Shown piece after piece: positions 21,171 to 33,176 of a DNA stretch of 64,000 nucleotides. A program made the position numbers and the translations under genes. Below the pieces are notes generated by a model. The model saw nothing but the letters and a program-made list of their open reading frames with translations, did no database searches and had not been told where the DNA came from. Within the stretch, counting starts at the first letter, position 1, and the number at the start of each line of letters is the position of its first letter. Location: contig CAVVZR010000008.1 of NCBI GenBank assembly GCA_963752685.1, forward strand, positions 1,931,825-1,995,824, in the 5' to 3' direction. Origin of the DNA: an uncultured Chloroflexia bacterium (lineage in GTDB: Bacteria > Chloroflexota > Anaerolineae > Anaerolineales > Anaerolineaceae).

Positions 21171-21983
21171 TTATACGGTAGATAAGTCCCATTCCTCGTA
21201 AATTTTAGGGACATCATTGATCAGCCGTTTGGTGTATGTCTCTTTCGGATGCAAGATTACTTCATCCGCAGATCCTCTTTCGACAAATTTGCCATGTTCC
21301 ATGATATACACGCTGTCAGAGACATAATAAGCCAGTCCAATATCGTGGGTGATGAAAATCAAGGTCATCCCGATTTCCTTGCGCAGCTCCATCAAGTAAT
21401 CCAAAATGGTCGCGCGGGAGCAGGCATCGATCATCGAGGTGGGCTCGTCCGCTAACAGGATCTGGGGTTTTAGCAGGAAAATACGCGCAATCATCAGGCG
21501 CTGCATCTGACCACCAGAAAGCTCGAAAGGATATTTGTTGGTCAATTCCTCGAACTTCAAGTTGACGAAGCTGCATGCCTCAGACATCATCTCCACTTTT
21601 TTCGCATACGGAAGTCTTCGTCCGCCGCGCATGTGGATGCAATCCAACAGCACCGCGTCGATCTTATTGAAAATATTGTACGAAGAGAACGGATCCTGGA
21701 AAATCGCTTGAATACTCTTCCAGTATTCCTGCTTTTTCTTTTGAGAGCTGATATCCCGCTTTTTCCCCTGGAAGTAAATATCCCCTTCGGTAGAGTTGAT
21801 CAATCCCAGGAGCATCTTGGCCAGGGTGGTCTTCCCGCTGCCCGATTCTCCCACGATCGAAATCACTTCGCCCTCGTAGAAATTGAAATCCACATGGTCA
21901 ACCGCGACGGTTTTCAGACGGCCGAGACCAAATATCTTGGTAAGACCCGTCCCGCTCAAGCACAGCTTTCTCTGGTCAGGCAT
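21171..21983 (-). CDS. ABC transporter ATP-binding protein (OppF/DppF type)
   Basis: Walker [13 protein letters not shown] signature LSGGQMQR and Walker [10 protein letters not shown]. Confidence 0.85.
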   Translation of the reverse strand: MPDQRKLCLSGTGLTKIFGLGRLKTVAVDHVDFNFYEGEVISIVGESGSGKTTLAKMLLGLINSTEGDIYFQGKKRDISSQKKKQEYWKSIQAIFQDPFSSYNIFNKIDAVLLDCIHMRGGRRLPYAKKVEMMSEACSFVNLKFEELTNKYPFELSGGQMQRLMIARIFLLKPQILLADEPTSMIDACSRATILDYLMELRKEIGMTLIFITHDIGLAYYVSDSVYIMEHGKFVERGSADEVILHPKETYTKRLINDVPKIYEEWDLSTV

Positions 21984-22983
21984 TTTTATACGCCTCCCTT
22001 AGTTCTGATTCCGGAATGATGCAGCGATAAGCACGACCGCCCTCAAGATTTTGAAAACCCACGGATATGGCCCGGCAGGCCGGCATAACATATTTACAGC
22101 GCTCGGCGAAACGGCATCCGGATGGCGGGTTCTTCAGATTAGGCGGCACACCGGGGATAGAGGCTAGTTTTACATCCCGCAGGCCTTTTTCGGGCACAAT
22201 AATCGAACCCATCAGACCTTTTGAGTACGGATGCAGGGGATCAAAGACCGCCTCTTTGGCATTACCTTTCTCCACGATCTGGCCCGCGTACATGACCATG
22301 ATGTCGTCAGTCACGTTATACAGCAAGGGCAGCTCATGGGTGATGAAGATCATCGATTTGATGATGCCATCTTCCATCATATCCCGCAGCATCTTGATCA
22401 CCATTTTCTGCGAGGTGACGTCCAGGGCGGAAGAAGGCTCGTCCGCAATCAACACCTTGGGAGAAAGAATTGCGGATATAGCGATCACCGTGCGCTGTTT
22501 CATCCCACCCGATAGCTCTACCGGGTATTTTTGCAGCACTTCCGCCGGCAGACCCAAGGTTTCAAAGCTGACCCTGGCCAGTTCATAGATATATTTCTTG
22601 GTAGCTGCTCGATCGTGGGCTTGGACCACATCCTCGACAAAGCTGATAATCTTCTGGGTGGGATTGAGCGCATTCATTGCCGCCTGGGGAATATATGCGA
22701 TCTCCGTGCCTAAAATCGATTTTCGCACGTCATCCGGTTTCATCCCGGAGATCTTCTCACCATCGATGATGATCTCCCCACTGGTGTAGTGCAGCGGTGC
22801 GAAGTAATACCCCATCAAGCTCAAGGCCAGGGTAGATTTTCCACAGCCAGATTCACCCGCGATCCCCAGCGATTTCCCTTCTTCGACTTTCAGGGAAACA
22901 TGGTCAACAGCGTACACATCCTCACCAAACCGGGTGATGTACTTGGTAGTTAGGTCATTCACCTCTAACATTACTCTTGACAT
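21976..22983 (-). CDS. ABC transporter ATP-binding protein (OppD/DppD type)
   Basis: Walker [10 protein letters not shown], signature LSGGMKQR, and a C-terminal Opp-type extension. Overlaps its downstream partner by 8 nt. Confidence 0.85.
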   Translation of the reverse strand: MSRVMLEVNDLTTKYITRFGEDVYAVDHVSLKVEEGKSLGIAGESGCGKSTLALSLMGYYFAPLHYTSGEIIIDGEKISGMKPDDVRKSILGTEIAYIPQAAMNALNPTQKIISFVEDVVQAHDRAATKKYIYELARVSFETLGLPAEVLQKYPVELSGGMKQRTVIAISAILSPKVLIADEPSSALDVTSQKMVIKMLRDMMEDGIIKSMIFITHELPLLYNVTDDIMVMYAGQIVEKGNAKEAVFDPLHPYSKGLMGSIIVPEKGLRDVKLASIPGVPPNLKNPPSGCRFAERCKYVMPACRAISVGFQNLEGGRAYRCIIPESELREAYKNA

Positions 22984-22992
22984 ATCATTCCC

Positions 22993-24243
22993 CTAGTCTC
23001 TCAATGCCGGGTTGAATACCTGGTCGAGACCCGTATTCATTAAATTCATCGAGAATGAAATCAGCGCGATGGTGATGATTACCGGGAAGTAAGCCCACCA
23101 GTCACCCGCCATGGGGGCCTCATAAATCATAGCCCAGTTCATCATCAACCCCAGGGTGGGCACATCCGTTGTCCTTGGCCCCAGCCCGATGATGGACAAC
23201 CCGGCCTCGGCCAGGATGCCAGACGAAATCTGCAAAATAAACGCCATCACCACATAGGAAGCGATGTAGGGCAGAATATCTGCCACGATGATGTGCACGA
23301 TAGAATGTCCGGATAACTTCGACAGGTTCACGTGGTCGCGGTTGCGCAGCGACACCACTTGCGCCCGCACGGCTCTGGCGGTCCACACCCAGGATGTCAG
23401 CCCGATGACAACCGCCACGGTAATTGCCCCGCGCTGCTCCTGGCCAATGCTGTAGGAGATCAAGATCAACAGTACAAAACTTGGGATGACGATAAAGAGG
23501 TTGGTGATGAACATGATCACATCATCCAATACGCCGCCGATATATCCGGCTAGCAATCCCAGGATCAAGCCAATCAAGGTCGCCACCGTGCCGGCCACCA
23601 GGCCGATCTCCAGGGATGTACGCGCGGCGGACACCAATTCGGTCAGCACATCCCGGCCAAAGTTATCCGTCCCAAGGGGGAACAGGCGTACGTTGGGAAT
23701 CTGATTGATGTTTACAAAATCGGTTTGAGCAACCTCACCCAATGGATCCAGGGTATTTGTGTCCGTATTTTTGGCCGCAATCGTCACACCCTCGGTGGAC
23801 AGAAGACCGGTCAATGAGTTGTTCAGCCTGCCATATGCCAGGCGCTTGGCATTCGTCATCCCAGGCAGTCTCTTGGCAGGATCAAAATTATTCTCCCACT
23901 GGTTGAGAAGCTTGGCCGTGTCGTTGATATCAATTTCATCTGCCGCAAACCCATCTGCCACCAGCCAATCTTTCATCGATTGGCGTTCTGTAGGACCCAA
24001 TTTACTGGCAATACGTTTGGCTGCGGCATCCGGGAGCATCAGTGTATAAGCCCTGGAATTGATACTGTCCAGCACGCTCACATAGATCCCGGGTGGGAAG
24101 AAAGTCCCCTGGCCAAGGATTGACAGGGGAGGCGATGTTATCACCAGCGGATAGACGATAACAATCAATAGCAGCGACGCAAAAATTGAAAAACCGAAAA
24201 CAAATTTCGGAGAGCGAAATACTTGAATTAATGTATGTTTCAT
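22993..24243 (-). CDS. ABC transporter permease (OppC/DppC type, extended N-terminal loop)
   Basis: BPD-transporter inner-membrane signature region with multiple TM helices. Confidence 0.8.
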   Translation of the reverse strand: MKHTLIQVFRSPKFVFGFSIFASLLLIVIVYPLVITSPPLSILGQGTFFPPGIYVSVLDSINSRAYTLMLPDAAAKRIASKLGPTERQSMKDWLVADGFAADEIDINDTAKLLNQWENNFDPAKRLPGMTNAKRLAYGRLNNSLTGLLSTEGVTIAAKNTDTNTLDPLGEVAQTDFVNINQIPNVRLFPLGTDNFGRDVLTELVSAARTSLEIGLVAGTVATLIGLILGLLAGYIGGVLDDVIMFITNLFIVIPSFVLLILISYSIGQEQRGAITVAVVIGLTSWVWTARAVRAQVVSLRNRDHVNLSKLSGHSIVHIIVADILPYIASYVVMAFILQISSGILAEAGLSIIGLGPRTTDVPTLGLMMNWAMIYEAPMAGDWWAYFPVIITIALISFSMNLMNTGLDQVFNPALRD

Positions 24244-24257
24244 AGTAACTGCTCTCC

Positions 24258-25277
24258 TTAATCGGTCTGGGCTGCTTTAATACGCGGGTCAATCACCCCG
24301 TATAAAATTTCGATGAGGAAGTTGGCGATCAGCACCATCAGGGTGATGATTAAGGTGGCGGCCGAGATCAGCGGATAATCTTGCCCGGTCACTGCCTTCA
24401 GGATCGTGGATCCAAGCCCCGGATAACTAAAGATGATTTCCGCAACCAATGCGCCGCCCACCATGGTGCCGATTGACAAGGCCAAACCGGTGATCTGGGG
24501 AAGCATCGCATTGCGAAAGACATAACCGATAATTTTTCTGTCCGGAACACCCAGGAACCGGGCGTATTTGACGTAGTCTGCGTTCAATTCATAAATAGAC
24601 ATCGAGCGCATGCCAATCGCCTGACCGCCAATAGAGATCAAAACAATCGACCAGAACGGCAATTGATAATGGACAATGACAGACCACATAAATGTCCAGC
24701 TCAGGTTTGGAATCTGGTCAAACCCATACCCTCCTGAGGTTGGGAACCATTTTAGATCGATCCCAAAAATAACCAGCAAAATGACAGCCATGCCAAATGC
24801 CGGGAAATTGCTAACTAAGATACTGACGGGCATGATAACTTTATCAAAGCCCTTTTTAAGATAAGCGGCTAGAGCCCCAAGCGAATTTCCAATGAACCAA
24901 CCGACGATGATCGCCGGGAACTGCAGAGCCAGCGTCCACCAGATGGACGCCTGGATGATATCCGATACCGGGCGGGGATATTGGCTGAATGAAACCCCCA
25001 GGTTTCCTTGGAACACATTTCTCATATAAATGAAAAATTGTTCCAGCATGGGTTTATGAGTGCCAAAAAGGTCAGCGTATTGTTGATATACCTTTGCAAT
25101 CCCGGCTTGACTGGTCATGCCCTGGGCAACCTTTTGGGTGATAATCGCCACCGGATCTCCCGGCATCAGGCGGGGCAAAATGAAGTTCAGCAGGAATGCG
25201 GCAAGGAGCGTAACCAAAAACCAGATCAGCTTTCCAGTAAAATATCTTCGGTACCCTTTCAACCCAACACCTCCCAA
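24258..25277 (-). CDS. ABC transporter permease (OppB/DppB type)
   Basis: Typical permease topology with the EAA-like loop [21 protein letters not shown]. Confidence 0.8.
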   Translation of the reverse strand: MGGVGLKGYRRYFTGKLIWFLVTLLAAFLLNFILPRLMPGDPVAIITQKVAQGMTSQAGIAKVYQQYADLFGTHKPMLEQFFIYMRNVFQGNLGVSFSQYPRPVSDIIQASIWWTLALQFPAIIVGWFIGNSLGALAAYLKKGFDKVIMPVSILVSNFPAFGMAVILLVIFGIDLKWFPTSGGYGFDQIPNLSWTFMWSVIVHYQLPFWSIVLISIGGQAIGMRSMSIYELNADYVKYARFLGVPDRKIIGYVFRNAMLPQITGLALSIGTMVGGALVAEIIFSYPGLGSTILKAVTGQDYPLISAATLIITLMVLIANFLIEILYGVIDPRIKAAQTD

Positions 25278-25341
25278 AAAAGATGATAAACAGCCATGTT
25301 CCGGGGTTAGCGGAACATGGCTGTTCTTGTTGGATTAGAGA

Positions 25342-27279
25342 TTACGCCTCAACGAGCGTAATGTTGTAGAGACCGGCAATCGCATAACCATTGCACAGAT
25401 TCATTGGCGGGATATTCTTGCCATCATCCGCAGTCGGGTAATTCGTCCAGACGGATTCGTTCTCAGCGTCGAACAGGTCGGGGCGATACATCAGGGTGAA
25501 GGACGGAATATCGGTCAAATAAATCTTGGTGGCTTCCGTGTAATACTCTTTCAACTTGGCGGCGTCGGTTTCTGAGGGCAGCGCGGCGATGATTTCATCG
25601 ATGCGGGGATTCTTGTAACCACTCCAGTTGCCATTCCAGTTGTTCTGAGTATCGGCGAACTCGCCGCCCATCAGTTGGCGAACACGACCCCAAGGATTGG
25701 TCGGGCCTGCGCCGTTACTCCAAACCATGAAGATGTCATATTCTTTCTGGTCGCCATTGACGAACACGGTCTGATACACACCCCATTCAGGGTAGAAGGT
25801 GGTGATATCGATGCCGATTTTCTTACCAGCAGCAGCCACGATTTCCATGGCGGCCTGCCAGTCGGCCCAACCATTGGGGCAGCAAGCTTTGTAGGAAAGT
25901 TTGGTGCCATTGAGTTCGCGCCAACCGTCGCCGTCAGTGTCAACAATCCCGGCGTCGTCGAGCAATTTCTTGGCGCCTTCGATGTCGTTACCAATCCACT
26001 GCAGATCCTTGACCGCATCGTGGTCGTAAAGGGCCTGTTCGCCGGCGGTCGGGTTCATCACTGACCGGGGAACCTGGGCGAAGGTCGGGGACTGGTTGGT
26101 CATCGCGTTGGCGATGATGGTGTCATAGTCGGTCGCAATGGCGATAGCTTTGCGGATGGCAACATTTTCCAGACCGTAGGAGTTCTTGTTGAAATAGGCG
26201 GTCGGGAGGCTGGCGCAGATACCGTAAGGGGCCTTGTCCATGTACGTCGAGATCGGAAGTTTGTCCTCGAGCCACAAATTCTGCACATTGGCAATGAACT
26301 GCTGGCTGACATCTACCTCACCGGCTTTGAAGGCGATATCGCCGGCGGTGTTATCCTTGAAGATGGTGTGGGCCAGGTACTTGGGCGGCGGCAGTTTGCC
26401 CCACATAGAGGCGTCTTGACCCCAATAATTGTCGTCGCGGATCAGGACAGTCTTCTGATCGTCAACATACAGTTTGGTGTAAGGACCCGAAGAGACGAAA
26501 TCTTCCGCGGTGTCGGCTTTCAGTTTGGTAGCATCGTTGCCAACCCGGGCTTCCAGGGTCTGGGTCCAGGCCTTCTGCAGCACATAGTTGTCGCTGACAT
26601 AAGAAGCAATCAACAGGGGGTTGATCGCCGAGCCGTCTTCCTTCAATTTGCCCTTCACCGTCACGGTCTGAGCATCCACCGCGACTACGTTGTCGATGAA
26701 ATCGGTGACGCCCACGCCGGTGGTGGTTTCGTACTTGATATGGGTGGCGAAGGTATAAGCAACGTCCTCAGCGGTCACAGGCGTGCCATCGCTCCACTTG
26801 GCGGCGGTTTTGAGTTTGAAGGTTACTTCGGTCCGCGCGTCATTCCAGGTGTAATCGCCATCGGCCAGCAGAGGATACTGCTTGCCATCCAGCATGTTGT
26901 AAACGTAGGGGGTCTCGAAAACCACTACACGGGCGTTGGCGTTCGGGGTGTTGATGGTCCAGTTATTGTTGTTGGCGGAGTAAGGATTCCAACCGACCAG
27001 GGCGCCCCATTGATAACCATTGTAGTACAGCGTCTCTTTGCGAGGCAGGGAATTTGCCAGCGAAGCAGCATCCGCGGGAGCCGCAGTGGGCTCGGGCATG
27101 GCGGCTTCAGTCGTAGCGGTAGGCTCGACAGGCATTGCGGCTTCAGTCGTAGCGGTAGGCTCGGCTGGAGCGGTCGTAGGGGCGACGGCAGCAGGGGCGC
27201 ATGCAACCAAAGCGGTTGCGCCTACGGCCAGTCCAGCACCCTTCAAGAACGACCGACGATTAATTCGTTTCTGTTCCAT
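25342..27279 (-). CDS. Tat-secreted lipoprotein solute-binding protein, family 5 (peptide/oligosaccharide)
   Basis: Twin-arginine motif [21 protein letters not shown] with a lipobox Cys. A duplicated Pro/Thr/Ala linker is followed by a ~550-aa SBP_bac_5 body. It heads the ABC operon next to the GH3 gene. Confidence 0.85.
   Translation of the reverse strand: MEQKRINRRSFLKGAGLAVGATALVACAPAAVAPTTAPAEPTATTEAAMPVEPTATTEAAMPEPTAAPADAASLANSLPRKETLYYNGYQWGALVGWNPYSANNNNWTINTPNANARVVVFETPYVYNMLDGKQYPLLADGDYTWNDARTEVTFKLKTAAKWSDGTPVTAEDVAYTFATHIKYETTTGVGVTDFIDNVVAVDAQTVTVKGKLKEDGSAINPLLIASYVSDNYVLQKAWTQTLEARVGNDATKLKADTAEDFVSSGPYTKLYVDDQKTVLIRDDNYWGQDASMWGKLPPPKYLAHTIFKDNTAGDIAFKAGEVDVSQQFIANVQNLWLEDKLPISTYMDKAPYGICASLPTAYFNKNSYGLENVAIRKAIAIATDYDTIIANAMTNQSPTFAQVPRSVMNPTAGEQALYDHDAVKDLQWIGNDIEGAKKLLDDAGIVDTDGDGWRELNGTKLSYKACCPNGWADWQAAMEIVAAAGKKIGIDITTFYPEWGVYQTVFVNGDQKEYDIFMVWSNGAGPTNPWGRVRQLMGGEFADTQNNWNGNWSGYKNPRIDEIIAALPSETDAAKLKEYYTEATKIYLTDIPSFTLMYRPDLFDAENESVWTNYPTADDGKNIPPMNLCNGYAIAGLYNITLVEA
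27095..27163 (-). repeat. Near-perfect tandem duplication (~36-39 bp x2) encoding the [10 protein letters not shown](V)E linker of the binding protein
   Basis: GGCTTCAGTCGTAGCGGTAGGCTCG occurs twice, 39 bp apart. Confidence 0.5.
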
Positions 27280-27610
27280 GGTTGACTATTCCTCTATATC
27301 CTTTGAAATACTTGGTATTTTCGACGTAACTTGGATGACTTGGGTCGACTGTGAACTTCATTAAGTATTCTAGCCCGTTTCACCTCCTCCGATTATTTGA
27401 GGTATTCCTATTATATATACGTTTTTATGGCGGATAGTCACATGTTTAGCATGTCGAATTACACGGTGAATGAAAACTCACCCGTAAAAACGCATTTTGA
27501 GGATACGCGATAAGCTCAGCCACATAAATAAGGAGTTTGATGGATTTATTCTTGGTTTTAGATTAGAAAATAATCGGAATCACGATCAGGATTTAGGTCA
27601 ACCTGTAAAA

Positions 27611-27651
27611 CAGTTACCCAACGAGGTATAATGATCATGGTTGGGTAACTG
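27611..27651 (+). promoter_or_regulatory. 12-bp perfect inverted repeat CAGTTACCCAAC-N17-GTTGGGTAACTG enclosing a TATAAT box, 37 bp upstream of the LAL regulator start
   Basis: Seen directly. The TATAAT hexamer sits in the spacer, suggesting an operator overlapping the -10 element or a leader hairpin. Confidence 0.4.
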
Positions 27652-27687
27652 TTTGTGTAATACAACCAGTCCGGAGTTTTATCAAAA

Positions 27688-30600
27688 ATGCGCAGCGAAA
27701 AGCCCCTGATCAACGAAAATTTTACCCTGGTCCAGCCAGATGGCACGACGCTTCAGGTTGGCTCGCTGCATTGGTACGCCTGGCTGTCCGACCACCACAG
27801 ATTTGCCTTTAGAAACTGCGATGGTCATTTTTATGCCCAACGAGAGCTGCGCCGCCAGGAGGCTTACTGGTACGCCTACCGCAGGCGCGGGGGCCGCTTA
27901 TTTAAGATGTATCTTGGCAAATTGGGTGATCTGACTCGTGAACGCCTCGAACAGGCCAGCCAATACCTTTCCGGCCAAACCCCACCGGCAAGCGCGCCGC
28001 CTCTCCTGACCTCCGGCGAGCTGGCGGCTGCCCTAAACAAACCGGCTTTGCTCCCGCCTCCGGGGACGAGTGGGCTGGAACCCTCCCTTTCGATCTTGCC
28101 CCTTACGAAGATTAAACCGCCATCCCTGCCGGATAACCTCATCACCCGCCCGCGATTGATCCGGAATATCAAACAGCCGGTCACCATCATCCATGCCCCC
28201 AGTGGTTTTGGCAAAAGCACCCTGCTGAATGAATGGCGGATCACCTGCGGTTTTCCGGTAGCCTGGGTTTCATTGGACGAGAGTGACGATCAACCGTTAC
28301 GCTTCTGGTCCACCATCGGCCTGGCCATGGAAACCATTATTCTCAATTTCAATTTGTACTTTCTTGGCTATCTGCGCACACATGTCACCAACGATCTCAC
28401 CGATGTTGCCGTTGGCTTTATCAACGAAATTATTCATGCAACCGGTATGGATGACGAGAACACCCAGATCGGCCTGGTGTTGGATGATTACCATCATATA
28501 CGGCGGGCTGAAATCCACGCCTCCCTGCAAGTTTTATTGGAGTATCTACCTATCAATCTCCACCTGGTGGTTTCCAGCCATACCCGCCCGCCTCTTTCCA
28601 TGGGTCACCTGCGCGCAATGGGAAAAATGACCGAATTGACCATTGATGATTTACGCTTCACGGTCGATGAGGGCATCACCTTTTTAGGGCAATCGGTACC
28701 TGGCCGCCAGTTATCTTACGACCAGCTGCGTGCCCTTGTGCGGCATTCTGAGGGTTGGATTGCCGGTCTCAACCTGGCCACCCTGGCCCTGGCTCAACCG
28801 GGAGACCAAAACCAGCTCATCGATGCCTTCAGCGGCGCCCATTCCTATCTGCGTGAATATTTCATGGAAAGTGTGCTGTATCAACAGCCGCCGGAAATTC
28901 AGTCTTTTCTCTTAAGAACCGCGATCTTGAAGCACCTGACCGGTCCTTTATGTGATGCAGTCACCGGTCAACCTGGGGGAACCGCTACCTTGTGGCGCAT
29001 CTTTCAGGACAATCTCTTTTTAGAACGGCTCGAAGGCCAGAATTGGTACCGCTACCACGATCTGTTTGCGGAGATGCTTTGCAGCCAACTCCAGATACAG
29101 TTCCCTGGCGAAATCCCCTTGCTGCATCACCGCGCGTCTCAATGGTACCTTGAACAGAACGCGCCGGCCGATGCGATCTATCACCTGATCGCCGTACAGG
29201 CGTGGGATGAAGCAGCCGCTTTGATCGAATTTATGGCTCTGCACGAGTTGGAACAGTTTGGCGAAGACTCGCGCTTGCTGCGATGGCTGCAACAACTACC
29301 CGAAACCATTGTCCAACAGCACCAGACCTTACTCTCAGTTTATATCCGTCTGGCCGGGGTGGCCCTTCCGGCCGCGGATGTCGAAAGCTTCCTTACCCGG
29401 GTGGAAGCCAATATCACCCAAAAACCTGCCGATCAGTTGAGCCCGGCCGAACAGCAGGTGCTCATCGATTTCCCAACAATTCCGAGGTATGATCGGAGCC
29501 GGCGATCCGGTGGTCTCGCCCTCTTCTACCGGCGAGGAGCACGAAACCTCCTGGCAGTTGCTCAATGGGGTGTTGGCCTACCATCGCAGTCATAGCTTAA
29601 AAATTGAAACCAGCGCCGCGATGGCGCGAGATGTTTATGAAACTGCTCGTGCAAAACGCAACCTGTTCGTTATCTTGATAGCCGGCGGGGGTTATGCCAA
29701 CCGCATTCTCCTGCAGGGGTTCTTGCGCCGCAGCGAGCGCATTGCTCGCCAGGTGCTCCAACAAGCCGTAGACCTGCGAGGGACGCTCCCAGAACCGGCC
29801 AGCATTGCCCTCAGCGTGCTCAGCCAGGTCAGTTATGAGCGGAACGATGTAGCCCGAGCCCACCAACTTTTGATGCGTGCAACCGAGGTAGACCCTAACC
29901 CCACCAGCACCAATGCTTCCATCACGACAGCCATCCTCCGGGCGAAAATACAAACAATTCAAGGCGACACCGAAGCGGCCCTCACCACCCTCCAGGTCGC
30001 GCGCGAACTGCACAGCCGGCGGCCATCGGGTGTGTGGATCGATCAGGATCTTATTGCCTACCAGGCGCTTACCCGCCTGCGCTGCTCAGAGTGCAATGAT
30101 GTCGAATTACTTTTAGGGGAAGCCGAGCTAGCCGAACCGCATCCTTTTTCCAAGTATGTGCATGCCGAGATCTTATTATTCCAGGAACAGTACGCGACCG
30201 CCGAAGACGTGCTGATTGAGCTCATCACTCAATACCCACATGGTTTCTACTCTGAACCGATACTCAGCTCACGGGTGCTGCTGGCAGTAGCCTATTTTGA
30301 ACAAAAAAAATATAACCAGGCCCGCCAGGCGATCCTAGAAGCCCTACGCTCCGCCGCGCCGGAAGGTTTCATCCGCCCATTTCTTGAGCAAGGTTACCGT
30401 CTGATTCCGCTGCTCAATTTGGTGCTGCATAGTGAAACCCTCACCCCGGAAGCGCATGCCTTTGTCAAGGATATCTTACGCCTCTCCGTGCATACAGGGC
30501 AGTCCTCTGCCGTAATTCCCATCGAAAACCTGGAGGCGCTCTCAACTGCCGCCTCGATTACATCGCGCGAACAAGATGTCCTGCGCATGCTCGAGGCTGG

Positions 30601-30742
30601 TTTTTCCAATCGAGAGATCGCAGGAAGATTATCGATCTCAGAAAGCACCGTCAAAACTCATTTAGGCAATATCTTCTACAAATTAGGGGTTAACAACCGC
30701 ACCCAGGCCGTCACCCAGGCGCGGGAGCTCAACCTGGTTTAG
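27688..30742 (+). CDS. LAL/MalT-type large ATP-binding LuxR-family transcriptional regulator; split by a frameshift near 29480-29530
   Basis: N-terminal STAND/AAA region with Walker A PSGFGKSTLLNEW. A long TPR-like helical middle follows. C-terminal LuxR HTH: REQDVLRMLEAGFSNREIAGRLSISESTVKTHLGNIFYKLGVNNRTQAV. The two ORFs (27688-29595, 29489-30742) overlap in different frames. Confidence 0.75.
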
Positions 30743-30810
30743 TCCGACTGTCTCATCGGGTTTCATCTTCAGCGTTGTCCGCGCAGATTGTTCGCCTATT
30801 AATTAAATGA

Positions 30811-30837
30811 AGGGCGCCTGGCAGGCGCCCTTCTTCT
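30811..30837. terminator. Bidirectional rho-independent terminator
   Basis: Stem GGGCGCCTG / CAGGCGCCC with a 1-nt loop. TTCTTCTT lies downstream and an AT-rich run upstream, between the convergent LAL gene and the flotillin operon. Confidence 0.65.
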
Positions 30838-30882
30838 TACATATACCTTCCACGAAGGCAGAAAATCAACGATCTATACCGG

Positions 30883-31086
30883 TTATTTTTTGGGTGCATC
30901 CGAGGGCGGGGTTGCAGCCGCTGGCGGTTGAGTGGTCTGAGGCTTGCTTTCCGAGGGTTTTTCCATCAGGTTCTGTCGGATCTCATTGCGCAATCTGTCA
31001 GCTTCAGGGCTGCGTTCTTTGACCCCATCTGCCTTCACTTCCAAACCCAATTTATCTGAAAGCAGCAAGGTCAGCAGCCCTTCCAT
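30883..31086 (-). CDS. Small hypothetical protein (67 aa, Pro/Ala/Lys-rich tail) downstream of the flotillin gene
   Basis: ORF only. It overlaps the flotillin stop by 16 nt. No recognisable domain. Confidence 0.25.
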   Translation of the reverse strand: MEGLLTLLLSDKLGLEVKADGVKERSPEADRLRNEIRQNLMEKPSESKPQTTQPPAAATPPSDAPKK

Positions 31087-32930
31087 GATGCTGCTGCCGG
31101 CAGCGCCGTTATCGCCCCGCCGCCGCTCACCACCACCCGCGGAACCACATCCACGCGAGATTGCTGCACGGCTTCGGCAAAGCGGTTCATCACCTGCTGC
31201 GTCACCTGGAACTGGGGTCCACCATAGGCCGCCACCTGTTCCTCGGTCGCGATGGCCTGAGCGATACCGGTACGCGCGATCCGCTCCGATTCCGCTTCGG
31301 CCAGATGTGCGATCTGGGCAGCCTGCTGAACCGCGCGCTGATATTCGGCCTTACCCTGGTTGGATTGAACGGTGATGCTCAATTCCGATTCCGTGATGTT
31401 GCGCTGTTGTTCGGCCCGCGCCTGGGCTTCACGCAGTTCGCGTTCCTTGCTAGCCGCCGTTTGCTGGCGATCATAGGTTTCAATTTGCTCCACCGCGATT
31501 TGGCGCGAACGCAGCTGGTTGAGGATGATCTCGATCTGCTTGTCCTCGCCGGTGGTGGTTGGGGTGCCGATCAGCACTTCCTCCAACTCCAGGTTGTAAT
31601 GGTTAAATTTATCCTTCATCTCCTGGCTGGAAATGCGCTGGATGTCGTTGCGCTCCTGGATCAACTGGATCAGGGTGCGCATCTGGCCTACATTTTTGAA
31701 ATAGGCCGAGACCATCGGGTCGAGGGTTTGTTCGACCAGCTTTTTTACATCCCCAAAACGTTGGATCACCAGCGGGGCCTTCTGATAATCGATATGGATT
31801 ACCACCGAAAGCGGCAGAGACGGCTCGAAAGCGTCCTTGGTAATCAGCGAGACTTCCGACAGGTTCTCGTCCAATTTGTGCGACCCCACCTGGTTGTGGA
31901 TCCACTTGAGGATGATATTGGTGGTCGGCACAATAATCACTTTACCGGCATAGGTATTGAACGCATATTTGCCCGGTAATAGTGGATCGCTCCACACACC
32001 CCGGTTCCCACTGCTGACCAATGTTCCATGCCGATAATCACTCCCTGACAGGTCTTCGCCTTCATTCCCGGTGTACGAAACCACCACCCCCACAAAACCC
32101 ACATCCACGATGGTCTTCGAGATCATTTCGACCGTGGCAAACAGGCGGTTGAGGTAATAGGTGCCTTCCACCAACACCTGAAGCTGCCGCCCACGCAAGC
32201 CACCGGCCCGCAAGAAGCGGTCTGGCATCTGAAAGTTGTTGTGGTAGGTGTCGTTGTTTTTCGCATCACCCCCCACCACCGGCGCGATGATCTCACCGGA
32301 TGGCAGAGATGGGCCATCGTGCACCGTGACGACCCCAATTTGGTCGTCCGAGTCTTTAATCACAACCGGCGTAAACCCACCACGCTCAGCGATGACCTGC
32401 GACATGCTTTGAATCACACTTTGATCATCCCGGCTGAGCGGCAAGTAATATACCCGCTCTTCCGTGATCACCACAAATTGCGCCAGGTTAATCGCATACG
32501 TGCCTTCACGCAGGATTTGACGCTGAGGACCACGCTGGCCGCCGTTGCTCAAGAAGGCCGCCACATCCTGGAAATTATTCGCCGAGGTATTGGTAGCCAG
32601 CACCTGCATGGCAGATAACGGCTCGCCGTCACGGGCAAATAGATAACCGATCTTTCCTTGCGAGATGGTCACCAGCGGGGCAATATGCACCAGGTACTGG
32701 ATCGGGATCAGGTAATGCAGACCACCGCGCAGTAAGTCGGGTTGATAGCCCGCCTCGCCATTGAGCGCGATGAAACCGCCCTTGACTGAGCGCTGGCCAA
32801 AGCGTTTTTCCACAATGCCGATGCGGTTGTTCGGGATGAAACGGATCCCTGACAGGATAAAAATGAGAAGGATGAACACAACCAGCGCCATCACCATGAC
32901 GGCAATGTTACCAACCGAGAGCTCCAACAT
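31071..32930 (-). CDS. Flotillin-family protein (SPFH/band-7 domain plus flotillin coiled-coil; YqiK/FloT-like)
   Basis: N-terminal TM anchor followed by an SPFH domain. The C-terminal Ala/Glu/Gln-rich coiled coil (ASKERELREAQARAEQQR...AEAESERIARTGIAQAIATEEQ) is characteristic of flotillins. Confidence 0.8.
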   Translation of the reverse strand: MLELSVGNIAVMVMALVVFILLIFILSGIRFIPNNRIGIVEKRFGQRSVKGGFIALNGEAGYQPDLLRGGLHYLIPIQYLVHIAPLVTISQGKIGYLFARDGEPLSAMQVLATNTSANNFQDVAAFLSNGGQRGPQRQILREGTYAINLAQFVVITEERVYYLPLSRDDQSVIQSMSQVIAERGGFTPVVIKDSDDQIGVVTVHDGPSLPSGEIIAPVVGGDAKNNDTYHNNFQMPDRFLRAGGLRGRQLQVLVEGTYYLNRLFATVEMISKTIVDVGFVGVVVSYTGNEGEDLSGSDYRHGTLVSSGNRGVWSDPLLPGKYAFNTYAGKVIIVPTTNIILKWIHNQVGSHKLDENLSEVSLITKDAFEPSLPLSVVIHIDYQKAPLVIQRFGDVKKLVEQTLDPMVSAYFKNVGQMRTLIQLIQERNDIQRISSQEMKDKFNHYNLELEEVLIGTPTTTGEDKQIEIILNQLRSRQIAVEQIETYDRQQTAASKERELREAQARAEQQRNITESELSITVQSNQGKAEYQRAVQQAAQIAHLAEAESERIARTGIAQAIATEEQVAAYGGPQFQVTQQVMNRFAEAVQQSRVDVVPRVVVSGGGAITALPAAASWKGC

Positions 32931-33176
32931 AGCTACCTCTTTTCCAAATCAACCCGCGGTATACCCGGCCTATCTTCTAACGCTCCTGCGGTAAAGCCAC
33001 TGACACAGCCTGGGTTGCGCGGTTCAACGAACCATTTTAGAGTATACATATTCCTTTCGCTTGTGATGTCTAGGCTTTGTAAAGGTCTGGGGTAAAATTA
33101 AAAAATATAGCAGCCAGAAATTATAGGACATCCAAACCCAAATGCATCCTGATCGAACAGAAAAGCTGGGAACACC

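Noticed and set aside
26368-27285. 305-aa plus-strand ORF (Gly/Arg-rich)
   Set aside because: It lies entirely antisense within the well-supported solute-binding-protein gene and is low complexity.
31161-31979. 272-aa plus-strand ORF
   Set aside because: It is antisense to the flotillin gene, which has clear SPFH and coiled-coil features.
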